Shown here: positions 42,943 through 52,993 of the stretch, piece by piece
Position numbering within the stretch: the first letter of the stretch is position 1
Layout of the letters: each line of letters begins with the position of its first letter
Assembly: GCA_963768425.1 (NCBI GenBank)
Contig: CAVYHV010000030.1
Span: forward strand, 64,001-128,000
Length of the DNA: 64,000 bases
Source: Candidatus Bathyarchaeota archaeon
Lineage (GTDB): Archaea > Thermoproteota > Bathyarchaeia > Bathyarchaeales > Bathycorpusculaceae
Reading direction: 5' to 3'
The notes under the pieces: generated by a model
Databases searched by the model: none
Told to the model about the DNA's origin: nothing
Seen by the model: the letters and a program-made list of their open reading frames with translations, nothing else
Made by a program: the position numbers and the translations under genes

Positions 42943-42974
42943 CTTTAACTATCCCTATTCGAGCATAGTTAAAG
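42943..42974 (+). repeat. att site 2: CTTTAACTAT-N12-ATAGTTAAAG
   Basis: Perfect 10-bp inverted arms, about 100 bp upstream of integrase 1. Confidence 0.88.
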
Positions 42975-43073
42975 AAACTCCTCCTATAATCACCCAAGGA
43001 AAAATCAATCAAAGAACTACAGGTTGCAATCTAGTGGCAAATCATATTAGGAATTTTTTATAAATAGCAGGTT

Positions 43074-43409
43074 ATGACTCTCCTGAGTAGTCCAACAGCA
43101 ACTCCGTTTGACAATATGCAACAACAAGTTCTTATCTCACAATATTTGACATTTGCCCTAGTCTTAGGCATAGCTGTTCTGCTTGCTGTGTCAAATCTCT
43201 ATTTTTACGCACCAAGATATAGGAAATGGGTCGGGATAGCAGGTATTTCTCTTGGAGCAATGGGAAGCGCTATCTGCATTGGAGTTATACTTCTTACCGT
43301 TTCAAACAATGGTGCGGATCTTGGATTAGGTGTCATTACCCTTTTTGTCATTGAAATTCCAGTTATGTGCGTTGGAGTCTTATCTGTAAAGAACAGGAAA
43401 AAGACATAA
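43074..43409 (+). CDS. Small 3-TM membrane protein
   Basis: Lies between att site 2 and the half-site at 43422. Confidence 0.6.
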   Translation: MTLLSSPTATPFDNMQQQVLISQYLTFALVLGIAVLLAVSNLYFYAPRYRKWVGIAGISLGAMGSAICIGVILLTVSNNGADLGLGVITLFVIEIPVMCVGVLSVKNRKKT

Positions 43410-43421
43410 TCAGACGGAAGT

Positions 43422-43440
43422 TATTCGAGCATAGTTAAAG
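43422..43440 (+). repeat. att right half-site
   Basis: tattcgagcatagttaaag is identical to the right parts of the sites at 42943 and 47302. Confidence 0.85.
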
Positions 43441-43485
43441 TAAGCCTTCATATGTAAAGCAGAGAAGCAATTGAAAGAAGAATTC

Positions 43486-43540
43486 GGTCAAGAAACTTTG
43501 ACTAAATTCAGTCAAGGAATTTTTACGAATAGCCTTTTAT
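43486..43540 (+). promoter_or_regulatory. Triple-box repeat + TATA, copy 1
   Basis: GGTCAA-gaaact-TTGACT-aaattc-AGTCAA, 19 nt, TTTTAT. Confidence 0.85.
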
Positions 43541-43564
43541 CGATAACCATTCGTACTGATTATT

Positions 43565-44785
43565 ATGGGCTTTAAGAAAACTTCCGCTTTGGTGCTTATT
43601 GGGTTATTTCTGATCTCTATTGTCAGCTTTCAATCTGCAATTGTGAAAGCTCAAGCCAGAACGCTCATTGTTCCAGACCAGTACCCAACTATTCAAGATG
43701 CTATAGGCAATGCAAGTTCAGGAGATACAGTGTACGTCAAAGATGGAACATACAATACAGGGTTTAATATTGATAAATCATTATCGTTAGTTGGAGAAGA
43801 CCCAGAAAAGACTATCATTCGTGGAATCGAACGATACCCATATTGGCAATATCCAACAATTCAGGTATCTGACGAAAATGTCAGTATTTCAGGCTTTACA
43901 ATAACAAACTCCTGGGAAGCCATCGACATCTACAACGTTAATGACGCTTATTCAATTAGTATTACTGGTAACAACATTGTAAAAAATTTGTCTGGAATCG
44001 GAGCAGGGGGCGTGAATTTAGTTATCTTTGGGAATAACATAACTGATAACTCGAAAGGCGGGATAAGTTTTGACGGTCAAAACAGCATCATTTCTAATAA
44101 CTACATTTACCAAAACTCATTTGGAATATACACGTCTGAGATTAAGAATGTGACCATCCAAGACAATACTATTTCAGATAACGGAGGAAACTCGAATTCG
44201 GAGCAATTTGGTGGACTGGATCTTCAGAGTTTTGCTTCCATCTTTGTTCATGGAAATAATATCGAAAATAACGTTGGGGATGGTATCTTGCTTGAGGGCA
44301 ACATCAAAGCTTCAATCCACAATAACAATATAACGAACAACACTGTGGGCATAAAACTTGATAATTATCTTCTCGGAGGTATCTTCCATAGTGTGGGCAC
44401 AGGCAATGAGATTTACAACAACAACCTGATCGACAATATCAAGAACGCTTTAGTAGTGCATACAGACGAAAATGATGCCACATGGAATGGATACATAGGG
44501 AATGGAACAGATGTTGTTTCATGGGATAGCGGTAAGGTTGGCAATTACTGGAGTGATTACAGCGGTCAAGGAACTTATGTTATTGACCAAAACAATACTG
44601 ACGAGCATCCGCTAAGTCAACAAGTTCACATTTCTACAATAACACCTACAATACCTAATTTGCTTTCCATACTAAACGGTGCAATTATCGTGGTTATTGT
44701 AGTTGCATTAACTGCCATTGTCGCATTATTACTTTACAGAAGGCATCGAAAGACCACTAACTCCAGACAATTGACACCTCACTAA
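43565..44785 (+). CDS. Surface protein with right-handed beta-helix (NosD/CASH-like) and C-terminal TM anchor
   Basis: Signal peptide, VPDQYPTIQDAI..A..GDTVYVKDGTY, I.GNNI repeats, GNYWSDY, TM + RRHRK. Confidence 0.88.
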   Translation: MGFKKTSALVLIGLFLISIVSFQSAIVKAQARTLIVPDQYPTIQDAIGNASSGDTVYVKDGTYNTGFNIDKSLSLVGEDPEKTIIRGIERYPYWQYPTIQVSDENVSISGFTITNSWEAIDIYNVNDAYSISITGNNIVKNLSGIGAGGVNLVIFGNNITDNSKGGISFDGQNSIISNNYIYQNSFGIYTSEIKNVTIQDNTISDNGGNSNSEQFGGLDLQSFASIFVHGNNIENNVGDGILLEGNIKASIHNNNITNNTVGIKLDNYLLGGIFHSVGTGNEIYNNNLIDNIKNALVVHTDENDATWNGYIGNGTDVVSWDSGKVGNYWSDYSGQGTYVIDQNNTDEHPLSQQVHISTITPTIPNLLSILNGAIIVVIVVALTAIVALLLYRRHRKTTNSRQLTPH

Positions 44786-45190
44786 TTGAAATCGTAGTTG
44801 AATGTTTGATGATTTTCACTATGATTTAGACCTTTGAGATGATTGAGGTAACTTAGACCCATGTCTTGAGACTAGTCATAAAGTATACCCCAACGATTGA
44901 CTATGAAGAAATAACTTGTTAATTATTTTAACATTCCAATAACAAAAGAGACTTAGAGAATAATAGATATTTAGTCACAACTTGGAATGTTGAAAGGTCT
45001 TGAAATACTGTGTTTAACATGACCCATGTTGATTAAAATGCATTCTTTTCCATTGAAAAAAGAATTTTTGAACGCTTCTCTCAAAGACTTTCATATGATA
45101 AATTATAATTAGCTGTGTAGTGTGAGCGAAGGACTGTGTCATTTAGAATTATTCTTCCCAAACCAAAGAGAGCCTGATTGACTCAACAAC

Positions 45191-46021
45191 TTGTTGCTAG
45201 ACCCTTATCAGATTACCGTCAACAGTGTAGATAGGACTACTACCCTGACTGATATTTCCAGAAATCTAAATCCTAGCAGACACCATACTAATTTAAAAAC
45301 CAAAAGGGCAGATATTGAAACTCCAAAGAGGGGGGTTGACCCTCAAAGGAGTTGGACAATAATAGTTAGACAATACAATGAATATAAAACCTATCAATTC
45401 TGCAGCAATGCAGTTTATGACAATTGGTGCATGGGTTTCATTGACTATAAAGAGCTGAAAGAAGAATTTGTAAAGTTTCCTCTTCCGGATGTCCCACAAA
45501 GATATAACAAAATGGTGGAGCTAGCTACCCTGTTCTTCCTTCCAGTCATCATAAGAGAGTTGCTAGAACCTTTTTATGAGAAGATTGAAGTCTCTTGTAA
45601 CTACTTTCCATCCACAGGTCCGGACATAATTGTTTTTTCAAAGGATAGTCTCTTGTTAAAGATGGAGGTATTGAATTGGTGGATACAGTCATATCTTTCA
45701 GAGGGAAGGGCCTCAGGCATAAAAGACAATCTCAAGGGAGCACGCTACAAGGTCTTGTATGTAACATCCGACAAAAACTTAACAACATGGACTATGAATA
45801 GTAAACTCCTTTCAGGTCTCAAGAAAGCGCTCAAAGGAGTTAATATTTACTACTCACGTTACCAAATACTTCCAATTACTTATTTTGACTATCTTTTCAA
45901 GATTGATTACAGATTTGCTAAGGATAGAGCAATCTTCAATGAGAAAACCATCAAACACCAAAAGATTCGATTAAAGAGGTTCTTTGAGCAAATAGGGATT
46001 ATTCCTCTTGTAAAGAGATAA
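45191..46021 (+). CDS. Hypothetical protein, possible PD-(D/E)xK fold
   Basis: GPDIIV......KMEVLNW; true start probably downstream. Confidence 0.5.
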   Translation: MLLDPYQITVNSVDRTTTLTDISRNLNPSRHHTNLKTKRADIETPKRGVDPQRSWTIIVRQYNEYKTYQFCSNAVYDNWCMGFIDYKELKEEFVKFPLPDVPQRYNKMVELATLFFLPVIIRELLEPFYEKIEVSCNYFPSTGPDIIVFSKDSLLLKMEVLNWWIQSYLSEGRASGIKDNLKGARYKVLYVTSDKNLTTWTMNSKLLSGLKKALKGVNIYYSRYQILPITYFDYLFKIDYRFAKDRAIFNEKTIKHQKIRLKRFFEQIGIIPLVKR

Positions 46022-46298
46022 TAATAGAATAATGGCTAGACAGAGATTATCCTTGTTCTGCCTATTTCAATATTTGATTAACCCTTTCTAAAAGGAATTG
46101 TTCTCATTTGAAAATAAGAGGTTTCAATTCCGCCCTTTCCAAAAACAAGACACAATCCTCTTGTAAATATGGTATTATGTTTGATTATTTCTTTCTGTTC
46201 CCAATCTGGTTAATGGTTTCTGACTTTGTGATAGTGGGTGGTTTTATGTTGTTTGACCTATCTAAGAAACCTAAATTATTCAACTGTTTGATAGGTTA

Positions 46299-47201
46299 TC
46301 ATTTTCTCTTTCTAAAAATCTTGACTCCATCAAATTCTGTAACGTACTCGAATCCAATTTCAATCAACTTCTGAGCTTCCTCAACTGTTTTGGCAACTGA
46401 AGAGGTGTATTCATCACTCTGTTCGAACGCAACCAGATGTGTGTAGATGAGGGTGTTGTTGATGGATTTGTGTCCTAGGAGGTTCATGACATGAAGAATG
46501 TCTTTGGTTTTGTGGTATTCAGTGGTCGCCTTCCAATGTCTTAATGTGTGGAAGTGGATTTGAAGGAGATGAGGATTCGCTAACGCAACTGCTGCTTTCT
46601 TTCTCTGAAACCTGAAGTTACAAATTGTAGATTGTTTACTTCCTATTCCAAAAATAAACTTCTCATCTTTTTTTATTCTAAGTATCATGGAAGATAGTTT
46701 TTCAGATATCTTAAAACAACGAGCATTACTATGTTTCTCTGGTCTGTTGAGTAGGATTACTCCTCTTTCCAAGTTGATGTCTGTCCACTGTAAGTCTAAC
46801 GCTTCTCCGATCCGCATTCCTGTTTCCTTTAGGAGTTGAAGAATTGTAGAAGTTTTCTTTCCACAGTAGGCAATCAGAGAATCAATTTCAGATTCAGTGG
46901 GAATGAAGGGTAACTTTGTTGTTCTCTGGTACTTGGGTCTAACCCATGATATGTTGTTCATTTCCGCATACTTAGCATAGGTGGCAACCACAGTCACCTT
47001 TGTGGATGGACTCCAATCCGATTTAAGAGAGATGACTCCTTTGACAGACTCAGGGTCACTCAAGTCAGCCCCATATCTTACTAACAATTCAAGGAACTTG
47101 GAGTAATTCAATATAGTTCTCTCAGAATAACCATCCTTCTTGAGTTTCCAAGAAAACTGAATTATTCCATCGTTCTCATGATTAGAGTATGTAAGTTCCA
47201 T
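46299..47201 (-). CDS. Tyrosine recombinase/integrase 2 (close homolog of integrase 1)
   Basis: GMRIGE, EKHS, HTLRH, LGHK, TLIY; shares LIAYCGKKTSTILQLLKET and the FRKRK end with integrase 1. Confidence 0.95.
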   Translation of the reverse strand: MELTYSNHENDGIIQFSWKLKKDGYSERTILNYSKFLELLVRYGADLSDPESVKGVISLKSDWSPSTKVTVVATYAKYAEMNNISWVRPKYQRTTKLPFIPTESEIDSLIAYCGKKTSTILQLLKETGMRIGEALDLQWTDINLERGVILLNRPEKHSNARCFKISEKLSSMILRIKKDEKFIFGIGSKQSTICNFRFQRKKAAVALANPHLLQIHFHTLRHWKATTEYHKTKDILHVMNLLGHKSINNTLIYTHLVAFEQSDEYTSSVAKTVEEAQKLIEIGFEYVTEFDGVKIFRKRK

Positions 47202-47301
47202 AGTATTTTTAAGTAAGTTATTCCTTTTAAAATATTCTATATCTGCATGTCTTTCAAGTGATAAAAATATTAGTTAAAATTGGATTTTATTAGTTTTAAA
47301 T

Positions 47302-47333
47302 CTTTAACTATACCTATTCGAGCATAGTTAAAG
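47302..47333 (+). repeat. att site 3: CTTTAACTAT-N12-ATAGTTAAAG
   Basis: 31 of 32 nt identical to site 2; 100 bp upstream of integrase 2. Confidence 0.9.
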
Positions 47334-47389
47334 AAACCCCTTCCGCAATCAACCAATGGAAAACAAAGAGACAATTGGAAAAAGAGTTC

Positions 47390-47444
47390 AGTTAAGAAAG
47401 TTTGACTTAGCTTAGTCAAGAAACCTGTACAAGAACGCTTTTAT
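47390..47444 (+). promoter_or_regulatory. Triple-box repeat + TATA, copy 2
   Basis: AGTTAA-gaaagt-TTGACT-tagctt-AGTCAA, 19 nt, TTTTAT. Confidence 0.85.
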
Positions 47445-47469
47445 CGGCAGACTAATTCCAAACGTTGTT

Positions 47470-48081
47470 ATGGGTAAGAAAAGATTAGTCATAACATCCT
47501 TGTTAGTGGCTCTACTCTTTGTAAGCGCAATTGCAGGAACGGTAGCTTATTATAATGACAAAATGGCGAACCTAAACAGCCAAGTATCTGAGTTAAAAGC
47601 AGTAATAGCGAATTTATCAACTCGCAACATGACGGCTTCATTGGGAATTGCTGAACTGTTAGGCAATGAAAGCACCTATATGGGTGGCTATGTTGCTACA
47701 CCAATTCCATATAATTACCTTTACATAACTGGTTCAATAAGAAACGTTGGAAACGCCACAGCATACAATGTTGGACTACACGTCATAGCTTTTGATGCGA
47801 CAGGCGCATTAGAAATAAACATGACAGTTCCATTGGATGGAATATTTGGAATCGATAACGCAACCAGAACTTTTGTTTTAGAACACTACGGCTATGGTAA
47901 TTATGACCCAGCGAATCATACCTACAGCAACCATTACAGCTCAAGATTGTGGGAGATTGTGGATGGAAACCAGACAGTTGATATTGGTGGTGCGCCTGAC
48001 TATTATGGTTCTCTAAGCATCATCAATGAAGGCATAGTTACCAATTGGACTGTAACACCTGTATGGACAGATGCGCCATGA
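47470..48081 (+). CDS. Membrane-anchored exported protein (coiled coil + beta domain)
   Basis: N-terminal TM, LYITGSIRNVG..TAYNVGLHV, WTVTPVW. Confidence 0.75.
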   Translation: MGKKRLVITSLLVALLFVSAIAGTVAYYNDKMANLNSQVSELKAVIANLSTRNMTASLGIAELLGNESTYMGGYVATPIPYNYLYITGSIRNVGNATAYNVGLHVIAFDATGALEINMTVPLDGIFGIDNATRTFVLEHYGYGNYDPANHTYSNHYSSRLWEIVDGNQTVDIGGAPDYYGSLSIINEGIVTNWTVTPVWTDAP

Positions 48082-48118
48082 GTCAAGGAGCTTGCTTCTA
48101 TAGCTATGAATCGAAACA

Positions 48119-48173
48119 AGTCAAGAAACCTTGACTAAGCCCGGTCAAGAAATCAGTACAAGAGAGCTTAAAT
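48119..48173 (+). promoter_or_regulatory. Triple-box repeat + TATA, copy 3
   Basis: AGTCAA-gaaacc-TTGACT-aagccc-GGTCAA, 19 nt, TTAAAT. Confidence 0.85.
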
Positions 48174-48177
48174 ATAA

Positions 48178-48903
48178 ATGAAAAGTGCTGCAACAGCAAG
48201 AACGATCAAAGCCATGACTAGGAAGAGGAATTTACTATTTGGTTCAATAATTGTTGCTGTGGTAGCGGGTTCTTTTATTATTGCATTGATCCTGCTAAAT
48301 AGCCAATCTTCGCCGGTTGAGAAGACGGTACCGGAAAAACTGAGTTTGGGTCTTTTTTCAAACCAAACGAGCGTGTTGCAAGGGGGCGAAATTCAGGATG
48401 AAGTTAATGTAACCTCAAATCGCCCTGCCGAAAACATAACATTGAATGCTCAAACGGGAACAAGCGGCATAATTTCCATTTTCGAGCCCTCCGTCAGCCA
48501 CAACAATTTTACAAGTTTTCTTAACATAAAAATCACTGATTCTGCCCCTACAGGAAACTACTCCATAAGTATAACAGCCTCAGGCGATGGCCAAACAGCA
48601 ACCAGTTCTTTTGATCTTTCCGTTCTTAGTGCCAATGTCACAGTTTCCGGGAGAATTGAGATGTCCACAGGATATGAGAATGGATACCTAACCTCACTCG
48701 TGTTCTATAGCGAACAAACAAACACCAATCAAACGATACATATTCCACATGCTTCGATGCAAGGTCTATTAAACGGTCTTTTAAGCGATTATTCCGTTAC
48801 TCTTCAAAATAACCAGACGTACATCGTGTGGGTGAATTATTTTCAGGGAGACGCAAGCCTTCATGAATTTTATCCCGTGCAGTATTATTTCGGCCCGTAT
48901 TGA
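48178..48903 (+). CDS. Membrane-anchored Ig-like surface protein
   Basis: TM, SAPTGNYSISITASG; C-terminus may extend to about 48957 through an indel. Confidence 0.75.
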   Translation: MKSAATARTIKAMTRKRNLLFGSIIVAVVAGSFIIALILLNSQSSPVEKTVPEKLSLGLFSNQTSVLQGGEIQDEVNVTSNRPAENITLNAQTGTSGIISIFEPSVSHNNFTSFLNIKITDSAPTGNYSISITASGDGQTATSSFDLSVLSANVTVSGRIEMSTGYENGYLTSLVFYSEQTNTNQTIHIPHASMQGLLNGLLSDYSVTLQNNQTYIVWVNYFQGDASLHEFYPVQYYFGPY

Positions 48904-49029
48904 TCTTTGCACCCGCAGGAAAAAACACAATATCTGGATTAAACTTCACTGGATAACCCATGCAAGACTTTCACCAAAGACATAGAGTAGATTGGTCGCA
49001 CAGCAACTATAACCCACCCAATAACGTCT

Positions 49030-49084
49030 AGTCAAGAAACTTTGACTTGCCACAGTCAATAATCCTTAACGAACAGGCTTTTAT
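49030..49084 (+). promoter_or_regulatory. Triple-box repeat + TATA, copy 4
   Basis: AGTCAA-gaaact-TTGACT-tgccac-AGTCAA, 19 nt, TTTTAT. Confidence 0.85.
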
Positions 49085-49109
49085 CGCCTGCACTTGCTTA
49101 ACACTAAAC

Positions 49110-49991
49110 ATGAGTAAAATCGGCAAAACCTTCGCTTTGATTCTCATTCTCATTATGACTATCTCAAGTATTGAACTATTAGTAGCTAAACATGCAAGTG
49201 CTCAATCAATCGGAAATCTGACTGCTCCAACTTTCACAGTCACACTAACAAACACCTCTTACTCTACACCACCTAGCCATTACGTTGACCCTCAAACAGG
49301 CGCAAACATCACAGTGCCAGGCTCTTTTGTCAATCAAGAAAACCTTACGTTTACCATTCAAAATCAACCAGACGTTACCTACTACATAATCCGATGGACA
49401 ACACCGTACATGAAAAGCTGGAGTAACATCGAGGGATACATTGGTGGAGACCCTATGAATGCTACTGTTAAAGGAACTTCAGGTTCAACAACAATCTGGG
49501 TTCTAACCGGCAATAGCAATACGTTCCCAATATACGAAAATGGCAGTCTCGTTGACACGGTCGCCGGTTTCTCCTTTCCGTTTGGTTTTCAAGAACTCAA
49601 TTTTGAAAACGGAGCCAAAATAGAATTTCAAGTCCAAGCCTCAAATGGTTCGCCTACTTACGTGTCAACCATCCTAGACGAGCACTTTTCTATTATAGGT
49701 GAAATAAGCGATTGGAGCAGCACGCAAACAATAACCATACCATCAAGTTCTGCTGCAACAAGTCCATCACCTATTACTATAACAACTCCTGCCGTTCCAG
49801 AGTTGTCTTGGTTGATGATTATGCTTTTGCTTCTTTCCGTGTTCTCTGTTGCTGTGATAGTTAGGCGTCTAAAAAACCTCGGACTGGACCAGCAAAAATT
49901 TCCTGGTGAAAGTGGTAATGGAATGTTTGACGATTTTCTGGCAGTCTATAATCTTTTGCCAGTAGTATTGAAACCTATTTCTAAGACTTAA
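49110..49991 (+). CDS. Surface protein with PEF-like C-terminal sorting segment
   Basis: Signal peptide MSKIGKTFALIL, SDWSSTQTITIP, S/T/P linker, VPEL-TM-RR. Confidence 0.8.
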   Translation: MSKIGKTFALILILIMTISSIELLVAKHASAQSIGNLTAPTFTVTLTNTSYSTPPSHYVDPQTGANITVPGSFVNQENLTFTIQNQPDVTYYIIRWTTPYMKSWSNIEGYIGGDPMNATVKGTSGSTTIWVLTGNSNTFPIYENGSLVDTVAGFSFPFGFQELNFENGAKIEFQVQASNGSPTYVSTILDEHFSIIGEISDWSSTQTITIPSSSAATSPSPITITTPAVPELSWLMIMLLLLSVFSVAVIVRRLKNLGLDQQKFPGESGNGMFDDFLAVYNLLPVVLKPISKT

Positions 49992-50028
49992 TAAAACAAT
50001 TATGCAGGTAGAAATGTTTGACGTTTTC

Positions 50029-52932
50029 TCAATAATTTCTAATTAAAATTGATGTGAGACAAGCGGGCATTTTTGGTTTTCTCTCTCTGACAAATATAAT
50101 CGATAACAGTATTACTGTTGCAAGAAGTGGCAGAATTATCAAAGTTGGAAACTCTGGAACGATTGATGTCTGTGACCCAAACGTTATGACTACGGTGTGG
50201 CTACTGTGATGATAAGTAAAACTTATTAGCCAAACATTTCCCTCCGAAATGGAATTATAATTAATTGTTCCGCCGTCTAAGGTGACGTTGAGTTTTGAAA
50301 TATCTGGGATGAGGGATTGCGGAACGCAAACTTCAGTAAACCCGGTTGTTCCCGAAGGTCCAGAAACGCCAAAGCTTAATTCGTTTGTTGTTGAGTCAAA
50401 CGTTAGGCTTGTAAGCGTTGAGTTTGAAGTAACGGAGAATACGTTTTGATTTTGGCTGTTGAAAGGTTCTATTGCAAAGTTGTATACTGCACTTGCACTT
50501 GAATAGTCGCTGTCACCTGACCACGTAGCTTCGATGCCATAAAAACCTGAGACAGAGGGATTCCACACGCAAGAAAAGTTTCCGTCATTGCCAGTTTTTA
50601 AGTAAGCTAAGTCTTGCCAAGTTGCTCCTCCCGTGACGCTGTCAGAAAGCTGAATTCCAGCATCAGGCAAGCCTGCTCCGTCACCTGTTAATGAACCTTG
50701 AATTTGAACGTTAAATCCAGAGGTTGTCGTGGAACTTATGCAGACGAATGATAAGTTCGGAGATGGCAGATTTGATGCTGGTGTTGGCGTTGGAGTCGGA
50801 GTTGGAACTACGGTTGGTACAACTGTTGGGGTTGGCGTGGGAGAAGGCACATTGTTTGCCCAATACGTATCACTAACATCGACTAATCCAATGCATCCTG
50901 GATTGCTGCTTGCCGCATCAAATAATGTATATACGTTATCTCCAACTACTATGATTCCGGGAGACCCTACTCCGTTAGTGTCCCAAATGTATTGTCCGCC
51001 GCTTAAGTATGGCTCTGATGGATATGCATCCCAATGGATAAGGTCAGAACTGTAATACCAATAAATCACTGGTAGTGGACCTGCAAAAAGGGTAGCTTGC
51101 ATGAAATACAAGTTAGATGTAGGAACTGTAAAGACGTCTGAAGTTTCTATTGAATATGATGCCGTTAAAATCGGTGCCGAACCATAAATTGTCCATCCAT
51201 AAGGAAATGACGAAGCAGATGTTGTAGCTAACAGAACTTGGCCGTTTCCATCTACGAAATACATGTAGTATGTGCTTCCGACAAGAATTACAGATGGGTT
51301 AAAAATGCTGCTGCTTCCAGCCCAATTCGGCGGAGAAAGAATTGGATTTTCTGAGTATTTAGTCCATGCCGAAGTTGAGTTCAAACTACTTACTGGACAA
51401 GTGGCTAAACCAATGCTACTGTATCCTCCACCAACTTCAGAACCATAAAACATGTACACGGTACTTCCATTCACGATTAAACATGGAGCTGAAACTCCGT
51501 TAGGATTTTCCCAAGATTGTGTTTGTGTGAGAACTTGTCCAATTACAGTCCATGTTTGTAAATTGGTGCTTTGCGCTAAACCTATAGTCCAATTTCCAGA
51601 AGATTCTTCTCCCGTAGGTGTGGCGCTGAAAGACATGTAATAAGATCCGTTAGCGTAAATGACAGAGGGGTCTTTCACTCCACTGAGATCAAAACTGTCT
51701 GTTCCCGTAAACACAGGACTTGTTGAAACAAAAGTTAGAGATGATGGAGGTGTTGGGGTCACTGGTGAGGGAGTGGGTGTTGGAGAGGGACCAGGCGAAG
51801 GACTAGGCACGCTAGGAATGTAGACAGGAGCTAGCGGATTACTTGAATTTAAGAATGGAACATAATTAACCGTTCCCAAATTCAAATTGTCTTTGAAGTC
51901 ATAAATTTTTTGGCTAATTGCCTGTGAATCATTTGTTCCCCACCAATTGTAAGTAGCATCAATATTTGAGTTAACACTTCCAGCCAGTAAGAAATTATAA
52001 TTTGAGTTGTTATAGATGTTGTTACCAGAAATCAAATAGCTGACCGACCCACTATACGAGCCTATGAAAACTCCATCAGTATTATTGCTGATTGTATTGT
52101 TTTGAGTGATTATCGTAAATGGATTATAGTTGCCGTACAAATCCAGTTCAATTCCGCGAGTATTATCAAAAACCAAATTCTCCTGTATCAAAGATTGAGT
52201 GGTATACTCCGAATTAGCAGTAGCATAAATCCCCATGTAAGAACCAAACACCAAGTTGCCGTAAACGGTTGCATTTCCTAGGAGATAAATTCCAGTGTAG
52301 CGAGCAGCGAAAACTGTGTTATTGCAAATAGTTCCTCCACTGGCCGTAATTTGACCCTCTACGGTGTTGTTGGAGATTATTGGGGCCGCTATTCCTTCGA
52401 CATTAATTGCATCATTGTTACTTACTTGGTTAGTGCAATAAATTGTATTATTGTCTAATTTTGGTGAAACCGAATCTATCAGTATAGTCGGATACAGCTC
52501 CCATGTGGAAGTGATAAATGCGTTCTCAATTATGCTTCCAGATTTTGTTGCATCATTCCAACTTAGACTACTGCCCTCAAACTCAATTGCTCCATCTCCA
52601 CTACCAGCCCCATTGGGTATGTTAAACACTATGTTATCACTCGACGTGCCTGTAGCATTTAACGTACCGTTTACTCTCAGGTAATATCCATTAAAATTGA
52701 CTGTGACTCCCGGCTGAATCGTAAGCATAACGCTATTATTGACAAGTACATTTCCAACAAGCAAATATGGGCTACTTGCTTGCGTCCACATAGTGTCTGA
52801 GCTTATTATGCCACTTACGTTCGTACCGCTTTGAGCCTTGCTAAAATGGACATAAGTAACTCCAACCATCGTGGAAACTAATAATGCCACGATTAATGCC
52901 AGTGCTAATGCGCTTCTTTTCATAAGCACCAA
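50029..52932 (-). CDS. 967-aa mosaic surface protein: beta-helix + glycoside-hydrolase-like beta-propeller + Ig-like + PEF-CTERM
   Basis: WTQASSPY, I.NN.I repeats, DATYNWWG, PT linkers, DPSVI..GSYYM / WTKYSENPIL repeats, VPEFP-TM-RERK. Confidence 0.85.
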   Translation of the reverse strand: MVLMKRSALALALIVALLVSTMVGVTYVHFSKAQSGTNVSGIISSDTMWTQASSPYLLVGNVLVNNSVMLTIQPGVTVNFNGYYLRVNGTLNATGTSSDNIVFNIPNGAGSGDGAIEFEGSSLSWNDATKSGSIIENAFITSTWELYPTILIDSVSPKLDNNTIYCTNQVSNNDAINVEGIAAPIISNNTVEGQITASGGTICNNTVFAARYTGIYLLGNATVYGNLVFGSYMGIYATANSEYTTQSLIQENLVFDNTRGIELDLYGNYNPFTIITQNNTISNNTDGVFIGSYSGSVSYLISGNNIYNNSNYNFLLAGSVNSNIDATYNWWGTNDSQAISQKIYDFKDNLNLGTVNYVPFLNSSNPLAPVYIPSVPSPSPGPSPTPTPSPVTPTPPSSLTFVSTSPVFTGTDSFDLSGVKDPSVIYANGSYYMSFSATPTGEESSGNWTIGLAQSTNLQTWTVIGQVLTQTQSWENPNGVSAPCLIVNGSTVYMFYGSEVGGGYSSIGLATCPVSSLNSTSAWTKYSENPILSPPNWAGSSSIFNPSVILVGSTYYMYFVDGNGQVLLATTSASSFPYGWTIYGSAPILTASYSIETSDVFTVPTSNLYFMQATLFAGPLPVIYWYYSSDLIHWDAYPSEPYLSGGQYIWDTNGVGSPGIIVVGDNVYTLFDAASSNPGCIGLVDVSDTYWANNVPSPTPTPTVVPTVVPTPTPTPTPASNLPSPNLSFVCISSTTTSGFNVQIQGSLTGDGAGLPDAGIQLSDSVTGGATWQDLAYLKTGNDGNFSCVWNPSVSGFYGIEATWSGDSDYSSASAVYNFAIEPFNSQNQNVFSVTSNSTLTSLTFDSTTNELSFGVSGPSGTTGFTEVCVPQSLIPDISKLNVTLDGGTINYNSISEGNVWLISFTYHHSSHTVVITFGSQTSIVPEFPTLIILPLLATVILLSIIFVRERKPKMPACLTSILIRNY

Positions 52933-52993
52933 TCGCTAATACGTTTAACTTTCTCTAATGTTTTGTGCTGTAGGCTATTTCTAGAGCATTGGG

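Larger units (their letters stand above)
32032..42952. mobile_element. Element A: about 10.9-kb virus/plasmid-like integrated element
   Basis: Lies between att copies, integrase at right end, many short orphan ORFs, distinct CAATTG-rich composition. Confidence 0.75.

Noticed and set aside
42943-42974. Chromosomal dif site
   Set aside because: The spacer between arms is 12 bp rather than 6, the site is multi-copy, and it is tied to element integrases.
42764-43012. ORF spanning att site 2 as a split-integrase fragment (SSV-type)
   Set aside because: The homologous region before integrase 2 has an early stop, and both integrases start at equivalent ATGs.
41941-47201. Classical integron integrase (IntI) with attC sites
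   Set aside because: No IntI-specific insertion is evident and no RYYYAAC...GTTRRRY attC hairpins were seen.
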